Below, one piece after another: positions 26,243 through 33,984 of a stretch of 36,640 bases of DNA (position 1 is its first letter; each line of letters starts with the position of its first letter). Both the position numbers and the translations under genes were made by a program. The DNA is taken from positions 1-36,640 of the IMG/VR virus record IMGVR_UViG_3300025015_000347; one strand, written 5' to 3'. The notes beneath the pieces were generated by a model. That model worked only from the letters and a program-made list of their open reading frames with translations. It did no database searches and was not told the origin of the DNA. The stretch is from a virus. Taxonomy: Duplodnaviria > Caudoviricetes.

Positions 26243-27202
26243 CTACTTTGACTCAGGCACCTTGATTCCGAACGGGAGTCCACCTTTTGACTCGGCCTCG
26301 TGCTTGAGTTGGTTCACCTTGGCGAGAAGTGCGGCGTCCAACAAAGCTTCGGGTTTCGTCCACTGATTGAACTGCAACTGCCCGTTTGCGGTCTCCGTGT
26401 AGGGGATGAAAATCATGTTGTTGTCCCCATCTGCCGCATGGGACATGGTCTCCAGTTGCTTGTAGGCAAGATATTGAGGGCTGATTGAAGCCCCGATGAG
26501 CTTGTTGTAATCCGCGACCATCTGGGCTTCGATCATCTCCTTCTTGTAGTGAATCCCCGCAAGTTCGACATCTGCCTGTGCCATTTCCACTCTCTTCTGA
26601 GCCTCGTTGCGGGCGGTTTCGATTTCGACGGCTGCTTTGGCCTTGGCTTCCTGTGCCTGAGTTACGATATCGGGGAAGTCAAAGTTGCCAATGGAGATTC
26701 TCTTGACCTCCAGCACGGAATCCTTCGTAGCATCCCTCACGGCGGCCACATACTCTTGAATGATCTTTGCCCGCTTCTCAACAATCTCCGAAGTCTTGTA
26801 GGCTGAGACAACGGAATGTTCCTTCTCAACCGCCACTGGCTGGACGTACATCTCGAACAGTTGCTTGACTGTGAACCGTTTGCCTGGTATGTCAGCGGGT
26901 GACAACTTGACGAAAACCTCCTTGATCGCCGCCTTGTTCCCGACAGCGGGACCAACTAAGATGTTGACCGAGAACTTGAAGTTCAGGTTGTCGGCACACA
27001 GGATTTCTTGCTGTGGGATCTCGAAAGCCTGGTCCGTGGCTTCGAACAAGTAGAGGCGGCATCGGCCCCAGCAATCGTGCCGTCCCGGCTGGAGCAGGTC
27101 TTCCGTAAATCCACTAGCCTCCCACGTTCTACCGATGTGCCCTGCGGGTACGGCTTCAGTACAAGCAGACAGAACAAGAAGCACCAACAAGAACCGGCGC
27201 AT
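26243..27202 (-). CDS. SPFH/band-7 (prohibitin-like) lipoprotein, 319 aa
   Basis: Lipobox MRRFLLVLLVLSA-C; VPAGHIG; ILCADNLNF; EIVEKRAKI; ISIGNFDFPDIVTQAQEAK; C-terminal Ala/Glu coiled coil and SISPQYLAYK. Confidence 0.88.
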   Translation of the reverse strand: MRRFLLVLLVLSACTEAVPAGHIGRTWEASGFTEDLLQPGRHDCWGRCRLYLFEATDQAFEIPQQEILCADNLNFKFSVNILVGPAVGNKAAIKEVFVKLSPADIPGKRFTVKQLFEMYVQPVAVEKEHSVVSAYKTSEIVEKRAKIIQEYVAAVRDATKDSVLEVKRISIGNFDFPDIVTQAQEAKAKAAVEIETARNEAQKRVEMAQADVELAGIHYKKEMIEAQMVADYNKLIGASISPQYLAYKQLETMSHAADGDNNMIFIPYTETANGQLQFNQWTKPEALLDAALLAKVNQLKHEAESKGGLPFGIKVPESK

Positions 27203-27213
27203 GAGGATCTCCT

Positions 27214-27714
27214 TCAGTCTTGGATGTCCGGATTGAGCATACGGGTGCGGAAACTTTCCACACCCTCAAGTACCTTCTGATCCCGATCCTCAACGGCTTC
27301 GGTTTCAGCCGCTCGTTTCTCTTCCTGTTTGGTTTCCCGTTCCTCTAGTCGTTCCTGTGGGGTCTGTGGCTTGACGGCCTCCTCAGCCTTGTGGAGGGCA
27401 TCCACGAAGTCCTGTCGGACGGGCTGAGCAGCATGAAGATCCGGTCCAGGTGCCCCAAGGGTGGGACCAAGCATCAACAGGAGGGGTGCCGTGAACCACA
27501 ACAGTGTGAGGACACAAGGCCGGAAAAAGACACGAACAGTCTTTTTGAGAAAGAAAGTGGTGTTTGTCCCGGAATCGGGATCACTCGACCGTCTCACTTT
27601 CAAGAGTGCCTTCTCCCACTGTTCCAGGACAAAGATGGCGGCGAACAGCATCAGGATGCCCGCCCCAATTCCGAAAGCAAACCGACCGTAGACCGTAGGT
27701 ATCAGGTTCAACAT
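27214..27714 (-). CDS. Two-TM membrane protein, co-transcribed with SPFH
   Basis: Two hydrophobic stretches, charged C-terminal coil, SD AAAGGA. Confidence 0.7.
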   Translation of the reverse strand: MLNLIPTVYGRFAFGIGAGILMLFAAIFVLEQWEKALLKVRRSSDPDSGTNTTFFLKKTVRVFFRPCVLTLLWFTAPLLLMLGPTLGAPGPDLHAAQPVRQDFVDALHKAEEAVKPQTPQERLEERETKQEEKRAAETEAVEDRDQKVLEGVESFRTRMLNPDIQD

Positions 27715-27819
27715 GGCTCTCTGTCCTTTCCCTGGTTAGAACACCGTGACCGACTCATCTTCACCGGATAAGTTATCCACCCAATCCGTGAAGATCAAGC
27801 AAATAGAACACGGGGTCTC

Positions 27820-27842
27820 CAGGCCATAACGGTTATGGCCTG
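27820..27842. repeat. Perfect inverted repeat CAGGCCATAAC-G-GTTATGGCCTG (possible operator or 5' hairpin)
   Basis: 11-bp arms, 3 nt downstream (minus strand) of the CGGGTAGAGT motif. Confidence 0.8.
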
Positions 27843-27845
27843 CTT

Positions 27846-27855
27846 ACTCTACCCG
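27846..27855 (-). promoter_or_regulatory. Promoter-like motif CGGGTAGAGT
   Basis: Identical 10-mer at 28802-28811; upstream of the membrane protein/SPFH pair. Confidence 0.55.
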
Positions 27856-27954
27856 AAATGTGAACTAGCTAAGTCAAAAAGGTACACGAATCCTTCTATA
27901 TGGCCGTGTGAATGGGGCTGTCGATTACTGAGTCCAGAGTAACAGAGGGATCCC

Positions 27955-28377
27955 ATGAACGATTCAAGACTCCGTAAAGAACTCATCCGGCTGGCACATG
28001 AGAAACCCGAACTCCGAGCCGAGATCCTACCCGTTCTGAGATCCGCCAAACAGACCAAGGTCGCAGGTTCACTGACGCTCCCCCTATTCGGTAAAACCGA
28101 AGCTCTGGTCACGGCTAAACAAATCAAGGCCGCGATGGCAAAGGCGGGTTACCTGACGGATCTCTTCGACTTCACGAAGATTCAGTTCGACACTGTGGAC
28201 CCGGCTAGCGGGCCGCCCTCGCCCTACCGCCACGGCTTTGAGGCCATCTGGAGGGTGTTCGGACCCGGCGAATTTGGCGACCGGCACACGGACTACGTCT
28301 GGGGAACGGTGCAGATATACATGGCTTCCTCCGATAAAGGGATCCAGGTCGCCGCAGTCATCCACGTCAAAGTCTAA
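27955..28377 (+). CDS. Hypothetical protein with LRKELIRLAHEKPELR leader and a domain similar to the C-terminus of ORF 10604..11263
   Basis: SD GAGGG; by-eye similarity to ORFs 28813..29853 (leader) and 10604..11263 (body). Confidence 0.8.
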   Translation: MNDSRLRKELIRLAHEKPELRAEILPVLRSAKQTKVAGSLTLPLFGKTEALVTAKQIKAAMAKAGYLTDLFDFTKIQFDTVDPASGPPSPYRHGFEAIWRVFGPGEFGDRHTDYVWGTVQIYMASSDKGIQVAAVIHVKV

Positions 28378-28766
28378 ATCAACAGGTCCGCGGCCAAAAT
28401 TTCAGGCGGTTGCCAAGCAGGGTTCTGTACCCACGGATGGGCTGGCCCTGGCCCCCTACACCACTTGGAATCCCCCTCGGTCCATCGAGCACGACCTTCA
28501 CCCCTCCGCCCATGTTTCAAGGCATACTCGGCCCTCAAGGCATCTGACTTGGTCTGATAGGGTCCGTAAAGAGCTAGGGGTTGCCAGGGCCTATGGTTGG
28601 ATGTGTACCGACCACCTCCAACCAGATCCCCATTGTGCTGTTTTAGCCGTCGGGCTGGATCCGTTGTGCAACCGACATAACAGAAACCGGGCAGAGGGCG
28701 ACCGAAACGACCCCGTCGAGTGAGTTGACTCTGGATAACGTAGACATACCACCAGGAAGAAGGCAT
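28374..28766 (-). CDS. GIY-YIG nuclease, SLX1/UPF0213-like
   Basis: WYVYVIQS...YVGCTTDPARRLKQHNG...GGRYT..HRPW...ALRAEYALK. Confidence 0.9.
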   Translation of the reverse strand: MPSSWWYVYVIQSQLTRRGRFGRPLPGFCYVGCTTDPARRLKQHNGDLVGGGRYTSNHRPWQPLALYGPYQTKSDALRAEYALKHGRRGEGRARWTEGDSKWCRGPGPAHPWVQNPAWQPPEILAADLLI

Positions 28767-28801
28767 CGTCTGACCCGAAACCCCATGACGGGGCTGGGAT
28801 C

Positions 28802-28811
28802 ACTCTACCCG
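28802..28811 (-). promoter_or_regulatory. Promoter-like motif CGGGTAGAGT
   Basis: Recurring motif immediately after the upstream stop codon, upstream of the SLX1-like gene. Confidence 0.55.
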
Positions 28812-28812
28812 G

Positions 28813-29853
28813 CTACTCCCACCGTTGCCCTTCGTAATCCTTCCAGTCACCAGGTTTTGTGGACGGGCCGGGCTTCTTCTGGCCCCCAGGGCCACCATGT
28901 TGGGTCACATAGCACCGATCTCCCTCATCCCCGGTCTCGTAATAGCATTTGCCCTTGGGTTTGGGCTGCCACTTGCCAGGTCCACGGACATCCGGCCCGG
29001 ACATCCCATAACCTTTCCCGTGCTCCCCATGTTCGCGTCCAGCCTCAATCTCATCACACCCAAGTTTCGAAAGGAGCCGCTTCTTGTTGTTGATGACCTC
29101 AGTGACTCCTTTCAGAACCGCCTTGGCCCCCTCAAGAGAAAGATTCTCGACCTTCTCCCCCCGTTGAAGTTTCTCTATGTCTGCCTTGATCCGTTTCGCC
29201 AAAGCCTCGTCAGTCTTGAGAGCGGCCTCCCATTCCTCCTTGGTAGTTCCGGCGGCACACTTGGGACAGCCACAGAAGGCTCTCCGAAGGGCTGGAACGA
29301 GATACGGACGAAGACCGGGCTGAACATGGGCCAACTTGATGGTGGCTGCACGGAGATCATTGTCCCCCCCGCCTTTCTCTTCCAAAAGACCCTTGGCCAA
29401 CATCTGGGGAATGGCCCTTACCGTCCAATCAAGCCGTTTCTGAAATTTCTTGAACTGGATCTGCACATCAGTACCGTAGAACTCCTTGGTCAACAACGCA
29501 TTCTGACTCTTGTTGTTGAACGCAGTGTAGATCCCAAAAGAGGCATGACCACTGAAGAAATGTTTGTAGAGACACATGATGTTGAATGAGAACCGACCCC
29601 CAGGAGCTTCTGTCAGGTTATGCCAGTAGACGTGCATCCCAACATGCATCCCGGGACCAGTAACCGCACTAGCCTTTGCCTTATGGGCAAAGCTCCGAAC
29701 CGCCTGCTCGAATTCCTCCTCAGAAACTGCCCATATAATGGAATCAGAGGCTTCCTTGGCTTCAGCCCCCTCTTCCTTCTTCTTCTCGCAGTTATCCCTC
29801 ATCGGTCCATCAGGGAGTTTCTCGCATCCGGCTCTCTTGGGGTTCTGAATCAT
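28813..29853 (-). CDS. Hypothetical mosaic protein, 346 aa, with internal LRAATIKLAHVQPGLR motif
   Basis: SD AGGAGG. Compositionally distinct segments separated by K/R-x-A sites; Gly/Lys/Pro-rich C-terminus. Confidence 0.8.
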   Translation of the reverse strand: MIQNPKRAGCEKLPDGPMRDNCEKKKEEGAEAKEASDSIIWAVSEEEFEQAVRSFAHKAKASAVTGPGMHVGMHVYWHNLTEAPGGRFSFNIMCLYKHFFSGHASFGIYTAFNNKSQNALLTKEFYGTDVQIQFKKFQKRLDWTVRAIPQMLAKGLLEEKGGGDNDLRAATIKLAHVQPGLRPYLVPALRRAFCGCPKCAAGTTKEEWEAALKTDEALAKRIKADIEKLQRGEKVENLSLEGAKAVLKGVTEVINNKKRLLSKLGCDEIEAGREHGEHGKGYGMSGPDVRGPGKWQPKPKGKCYYETGDEGDRCYVTQHGGPGGQKKPGPSTKPGDWKDYEGQRWE

Positions 29854-29899
29854 ATTTCCCTCCTGGGGTTCACCCCGGGAAGATCAATAGAATAGAAAC

Positions 29900-29909
29900 C
29901 GGGTATGGT
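29900..29909 (+). promoter_or_regulatory. Promoter-like motif CGGGTATGGT, 6 nt before the ATG (leaderless)
   Basis: Identical 10-mer at 31011-31020 (minus). Overlaps a divergent CCGGT-N6-TCTAT motif at 29881-29902. Confidence 0.55.
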
Positions 29910-29915
29910 TAGGCC

Positions 29916-30245
29916 ATGGCCCTGACTGACACGGACCACCTCTATCTGATCCAAAGTGACCAGAACGGAGCCATCAAGATTGGTCGTTCCCAAGACCCCC
30001 AGGAACGTCTGAGACAGCTTCAAACAGGTTCCCCCTACCGACTCAGGCTCGTGCTGATTCTCCCCGGCAAGGGCCAACTAGAACGGTTCCTACACCACCA
30101 ACTCCGACGGGGGCGCATCCTGGGGCCAGACAAAGGTGAGTGGTTCTCCTATGACAGCTTGGCCGAACTGCCTACTGACATCTACGAACAGCTTGACCTG
30201 GCTGTAGTTGATTGGTGGTGGACAGAAACGGGCAAGCCACCCTAA
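29916..30245 (+). CDS. GIY-YIG superfamily protein, T5orf172/MUG113-like
   Basis: LYLIQ....IKIGRSQDPQERLRQLQTGSP..L...LERFLH...GEWF. Confidence 0.88.
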   Translation: MALTDTDHLYLIQSDQNGAIKIGRSQDPQERLRQLQTGSPYRLRLVLILPGKGQLERFLHHQLRRGRILGPDKGEWFSYDSLAELPTDIYEQLDLAVVDWWWTETGKPP

Positions 30246-30247
30246 AA

Positions 30248-30973
30248 TCAGGCTTCCGTCCGAATGTCCTCGAACAGCACGGGAACACGCTGCTTGAACT
30301 CCGACAGGAGCGGGATCATCACTTCCTGCATCTGAGGATGAGCGGCTTTCGAGGTTCGTAAACGCAAGATGTGCCGCCACTCCCGCAAATTTGCCGTAAC
30401 CACAATCTCGGTCTTGGTGCTGTTGGGAAGCACTGACCTAGCTTGCTGGGGGGACCAGCCTTGCTGCCGGAGAGCCTTGTACTTGGTTTCGGCTTCGGAC
30501 ATGGCAAAAAGCCAATAGTCCAAGGCCACGGACCATTCGGGTGGTTTTTTAGCCCGAGACCAGATCCATTCACCATCACGTTTGAAGTCCCAGCCGTCAT
30601 CCTCGGATCTCCGACATTGGTCATAGACCCCCGGCTCCAGGCTACACCAAGGCGGAATGATGAATTGACAGTGCCCTTGAGACTTGTCCTCTCGGGTGTA
30701 GTCACAGTACCGGGTTGACTCCTGTGAAAAAGAAGCCAATCTGTGTCTCACAAGCTCGTGACTGACCCCGCGGTCAACCACAAACCTGACCGTGGCCGAG
30801 ACATGCTCAATGGTAGATTCGTGTTTCATATTGAGGAGCTTCCGAACAAACCCGGCTGGATCCCCTTGGGGTTCTGACTTGTAGCAAGTACGGGCAGCCC
30901 GCTCGATGGTTTCCAGGATCTGTTTCCCCTCGGGCATGGCCTCGATAGTAGCTGAAGGCTTCAATAGAATCAT
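30248..30973 (-). CDS. thyX: FAD-dependent thymidylate synthase
   Basis: IERAARTCYKS, HESTIEH, ThyX motif RGVSHELVRHRLASFSQESTRY, ARSVLPN, NLREWRH..LR...AHPQM. Start set at ATG 30973 (MILLKP). Confidence 0.97.
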   Translation of the reverse strand: MILLKPSATIEAMPEGKQILETIERAARTCYKSEPQGDPAGFVRKLLNMKHESTIEHVSATVRFVVDRGVSHELVRHRLASFSQESTRYCDYTREDKSQGHCQFIIPPWCSLEPGVYDQCRRSEDDGWDFKRDGEWIWSRAKKPPEWSVALDYWLFAMSEAETKYKALRQQGWSPQQARSVLPNSTKTEIVVTANLREWRHILRLRTSKAAHPQMQEVMIPLLSEFKQRVPVLFEDIRTEA

Positions 30974-31010
30974 GGCAACAACCCCCACGGAGAAAACCAC
31001 CCCGTGAAGG

Positions 31011-31020
31011 ACCATACCCG
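31011..31020 (-). promoter_or_regulatory. Promoter-like motif CGGGTATGGT upstream of thyX
   Basis: Identical to 29900-29909. Confidence 0.55.
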
Positions 31021-31040
31021 ATTTAGACGGAAGTGATTTG

Positions 31041-31067
31041 AGCCCAGGCCCAAACTTGGCCTGGGCT
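31041..31067. repeat. Inverted repeat AGCCCAGGCC-N7-GGCCTGGGCT between divergent promoters
   Basis: Perfect 10-bp arms in the thyX / ORF 31112 divergent intergenic region. Confidence 0.75.
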
Positions 31068-31111
31068 TAGCCGTCACTCCTGCCGCGTAGTAGGTGCAGA
31101 AGGGAAACAAA

Positions 31112-31408
31112 ATGAACTCGACCCCGTACCCTACTCAGACCGTAAACGTGGGCGGCATCTCGATCACCGTGCCGACCGAGATCCCCAGCAACAAACGAGC
31201 GGAAGAACTGCGGAAACTCTATCAGGACCATGTCCACCCCCTGGACCCCACCCGCCCCAAGGGGCCAACATCAGCCCAAGTCCCGGTGGCCATCGCGGAT
31301 GACGTGGCAGAAGCCATGACTTTCATAGGAGACATCGTGGACTCTCGGATGGACCGGGAGGGGATGGCTCTCCTGTACAGTGAGGGTTACTACGCTCACG
31401 GGTTCTAG
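31112..31408 (+). CDS. Hypothetical protein, 98 aa
   Basis: ATG 31112 with SD AAGGGA; ends ...YSEGYYAHGF. Confidence 0.7.
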   Translation: MNSTPYPTQTVNVGGISITVPTEIPSNKRAEELRKLYQDHVHPLDPTRPKGPTSAQVPVAIADDVAEAMTFIGDIVDSRMDREGMALLYSEGYYAHGF

Positions 31409-31429
31409 GGTAAAGGGGTTGGGGGCTAC

Positions 31430-31669
31430 ATGATATCCAAACCGAACCGAGAAAATACACGACTGCAAGTGATTGCAGAGGCCGCCGAGAAACTGAAGGT
31501 CGCCTGGAAAACGTGGGAAAGCAAAGTCGATTGTACTGAAAAACTCTACCCCTCCGTCACCGTGTTCAATGCCGCAGAGGCTTTATGGAAAGCCCTTAAG
31601 ACCAATTCTAGGCGCAAAACTCCAAGAACCGGATCAGCCGCTCCGCAACACGAGCCGGATGACCCTTGA
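31430..31669 (+). CDS. Hypothetical protein, 79 aa
   Basis: SD-like GGGGG; follows ORF 31112 in the same orientation. Confidence 0.5.
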   Translation: MISKPNRENTRLQVIAEAAEKLKVAWKTWESKVDCTEKLYPSVTVFNAAEALWKALKTNSRRKTPRTGSAAPQHEPDDP

Positions 31670-31713
31670 TCTCGGATTCCCAAAGAATGAGACAGTGAAC
31701 AACATCAAGGACT

Positions 31714-32613
31714 TCACACGAAATTACGGGGTCCAAGCACACCTCGACCCGTAAACGGGCCAAAGGCCGAGCGAACACCGATCCCGAAGCGTGGCTGCTG
31801 CAATCCTCGCATGAACTTGACTGTACGTGCTTTGAACTCGGTGGCCTTATCGAACTGGCCCTCAGCATTCTGTTTCAAGGATTCGTACTTCGAGCCTTTC
31901 TCGATGGAAAGGCTCACTCCACCTATGGAGTAGTCAAACTCATCGGCGACCCAATTGGCGGCCAGGGCAAAACAAGCATGGGTGATGGCTCCCCAAAGGA
32001 TCCCTGTTCGCCAGGCAGGCATATCTGAAACGAGCCGGTCGATGTCAGGCACGGCATGTTGGGTGAATGGGGGAGCCGCATTGAAGAAGTCGAGTGACCG
32101 GAGAAGGTACTCCAAAAGCTCATCATCTTCCCAGATTTGCCCGAAGATTCTGTTGTATTGCCCAATGTCCCCCTCGAACTCAGGGGGACGAAAGTGATAG
32201 AACTTGTCTGGGTTTTGATCACGAAGAAGTCTTCGCAAACTCTGGATCATGGCCAGTTGGGCAGCAGAAAACCCTGGTGTCACGATAGCTGTAGTGGTCA
32301 CGACCGCGAACTCTTGGACCACCTGTTGTTGGGGTGAGTTGACCAGTTCCCGGAAGGTCCAACGGATTCTGTAAGTGCCTGGAGTTGCTCCGGGGGGTAC
32401 CATCAGAGAAGCATAGTATTCCCCGACCTGGGGGTTGACTGGGATTCGTTGGGCATCTCCGATGAGCGCCTCTACTTCAGGAGGACCGGGATCCACATAG
32501 TAGAGGGCATAGAAGATCTCAGCGGCATTGGCAACAGCCCCCTGAGTGTTAGAGAGGAAGATGTCGAGATCCCCTCGGCCAATAGTTTGTCCCGGTGTGA
32601 AAGCTACAGCCAT
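31714..32613 (-). CDS. Putative head-tail adaptor/neck protein, 299 aa
   Basis: Ig-like N-terminus (GEYYA..VP....PGTYRIRW), then adaptor-like helical domain (IQSLRRLLRD...IWEDDELLEYL...YSIGGVSLSIEK..KYESL). Confidence 0.65.
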   Translation of the reverse strand: MAVAFTPGQTIGRGDLDIFLSNTQGAVANAAEIFYALYYVDPGPPEVEALIGDAQRIPVNPQVGEYYASLMVPPGATPGTYRIRWTFRELVNSPQQQVVQEFAVVTTTAIVTPGFSAAQLAMIQSLRRLLRDQNPDKFYHFRPPEFEGDIGQYNRIFGQIWEDDELLEYLLRSLDFFNAAPPFTQHAVPDIDRLVSDMPAWRTGILWGAITHACFALAANWVADEFDYSIGGVSLSIEKGSKYESLKQNAEGQFDKATEFKARTVKFMRGLQQPRFGIGVRSAFGPFTGRGVLGPRNFV

Positions 32614-32629
32614 TTACGGTTTCTCCGGT

Positions 32630-32899
32630 TCAATGAAGGCCCTCGGCGACAGGCATCACCGGAACAACCCCACCATCAGTCAAAGCTCTGGATGTCTCGG
32701 CCAAACGATCTCGGATCGGGTCCAGAAACATCTGTTGAACCCGCACACGAGCCACTAGCCGGGCCACTTGTTCAGCCCGAGTCACGACCAGAAAATCCAG
32801 AAACCAATCGGTCCCCCCATCATGGACTACACGGAAAGCATTTGCATACTCTCCGGTTTCCAAACCGGGGGGGATCAAGACTTTACACTCATCGGGCAC
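32630..32899 (-). CDS. DUF3467-like protein (paralog 1)
   Basis: GEYANAFRV....WFLDF......LVARVRV; clear similarity to 33371..33652. Confidence 0.7.
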   Translation of the reverse strand: MPDECKVLIPPGLETGEYANAFRVVHDGGTDWFLDFLVVTRAEQVARLVARVRVQQMFLDPIRDRLAETSRALTDGGVVPVMPVAEGLH

Positions 32900-32924
32900 G
32901 GATCACTCCTTGCAAAGCCTTTTC

Positions 32925-33368
32925 TCAGCCCCCAAACCGAATAGGGGCATCCGTCAAAAGAACCATCTCGGTTTCACTAATTGCAGCACCCAACCACAGA
33001 TGTGTAGCTCCGGGGTGTGCCATGGGATCTACAGGTGTTTGGGTCACTTTCCCTGGGGTCACTGACAGAAAAACAGGGGACTCCGGGACCATAGGACTCC
33101 CATTCTCTACAATGGGAGTCACACGGGACCCGCGTCCCACAGTGACCAAAGCCCCTCTCCCTTCAGTTGCAGCCATGGACAGGAAACCCGTGAAATGACC
33201 CGGATGGTTCGCGGGTAAAGCCCCACACGGAAGATACTTGAACTCCCCGGCTACCCGCACAATGGCTACTGCCAATCCAGCCGCATAGCCCACACCTATC
33301 GGAACCAAGACCCCGGTATAGACCAACGGGGTGAAGTTCGTTGCAAAAGGTGCTCGTGCAACAGGCAT
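32925..33368 (-). CDS. Putative capsid decoration/cement-like protein, 147 aa
   Basis: Resembles the C-terminal domain of the fibre ORF (AAG.AV.I...G...VFLS.TPGKVTQTP...LG.A). Confidence 0.5.
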   Translation of the reverse strand: MPVARAPFATNFTPLVYTGVLVPIGVGYAAGLAVAIVRVAGEFKYLPCGALPANHPGHFTGFLSMAATEGRGALVTVGRGSRVTPIVENGSPMVPESPVFLSVTPGKVTQTPVDPMAHPGATHLWLGAAISETEMVLLTDAPIRFGG

Positions 33369-33370
33369 CT

Positions 33371-33652
33371 TTAGTTCATCGTTTCTGCTGGGGGCCGAGC
33401 CAATGAAGGATCCGTTACTGGCCCCTGTCCTTCACCCAAAGATGCGTTAAGTCTGTCCCGCACAGGCCGTAGAAAGCTCTTATGAATACGGATACGGGCT
33501 ACCACATCAGCCTGCTGTTCCTGTTGAGAGAAGATACAGAAGTCCAATAGGATCTCATCCCCCGAATCAGGGAGAACCCGGAAAGCATTGGCAAACACCC
33601 CCACCTTACGACTTGGGGGCAGATGTATCTTGCATTCTTTCTTGGCACTCAT
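33371..33652 (-). CDS. DUF3467-like protein (paralog 2)
   Basis: GVFANAFRV....ILLDF......VVARIRI. Confidence 0.7.
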   Translation of the reverse strand: MSAKKECKIHLPPSRKVGVFANAFRVLPDSGDEILLDFCIFSQQEQQADVVARIRIHKSFLRPVRDRLNASLGEGQGPVTDPSLARPPAETMN

Positions 33653-33984
33653 TCGTTGTTTGCCTCTGGTGTGTGGCTCTCAAGCCATCGGATACCCGCA
33701 TCAAGAGCATAACTGAAAGCTGCCCCACACAATGCCCAGACCACGAAGCTCAGCCCGTTCTGCCACCAGGTCGGTAGTGGAAGCTCCCCCGTCATTCCAA
33801 AAACAGCCAGCCAAGACAGCCAGCCACCATGTGTCCCTAGACAGTAGGTGCAACGGAGCAACCTGTCCGTAAAGTCTGAGATCCCGTACAGGAAAGTACA
33901 TTTGTTCTGGAGTCCGAAAGTGACGGCATAGACTACCAGGAGCATTTGCCACGGGGGCAGAGTCAGCAAGGCATCCATCACCAT
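33649..33984 (-). CDS. DUF1360-like membrane protein with CxYC motif
   Basis: About three hydrophobic segments; LLRCTYCLGTHGGW. Overlaps neighbours at both ends. Confidence 0.6.
   Translation of the reverse strand: MVMDALLTLPPWQMLLVVYAVTFGLQNKCTFLYGISDFTDRLLRCTYCLGTHGGWLSWLAVFGMTGELPLPTWWQNGLSFVVWALCGAAFSYALDAGIRWLESHTPEANNE

Noticed and set aside
27856-27880. TTGACT as a -35 box for the TAGAGT hexamer
   Set aside because: Spacing is 20 bp, too long for a standard sigma70 promoter, and other copies of the motif lack it.
27885-27935. Late-type motif upstream of the tagged plus-strand ORF 27955 (TTCTATAT, GTCGATTA)
   Set aside because: Only the TC.AT half matches and the upstream YG(C/G)T element is not at the expected spacing, so it was not counted.
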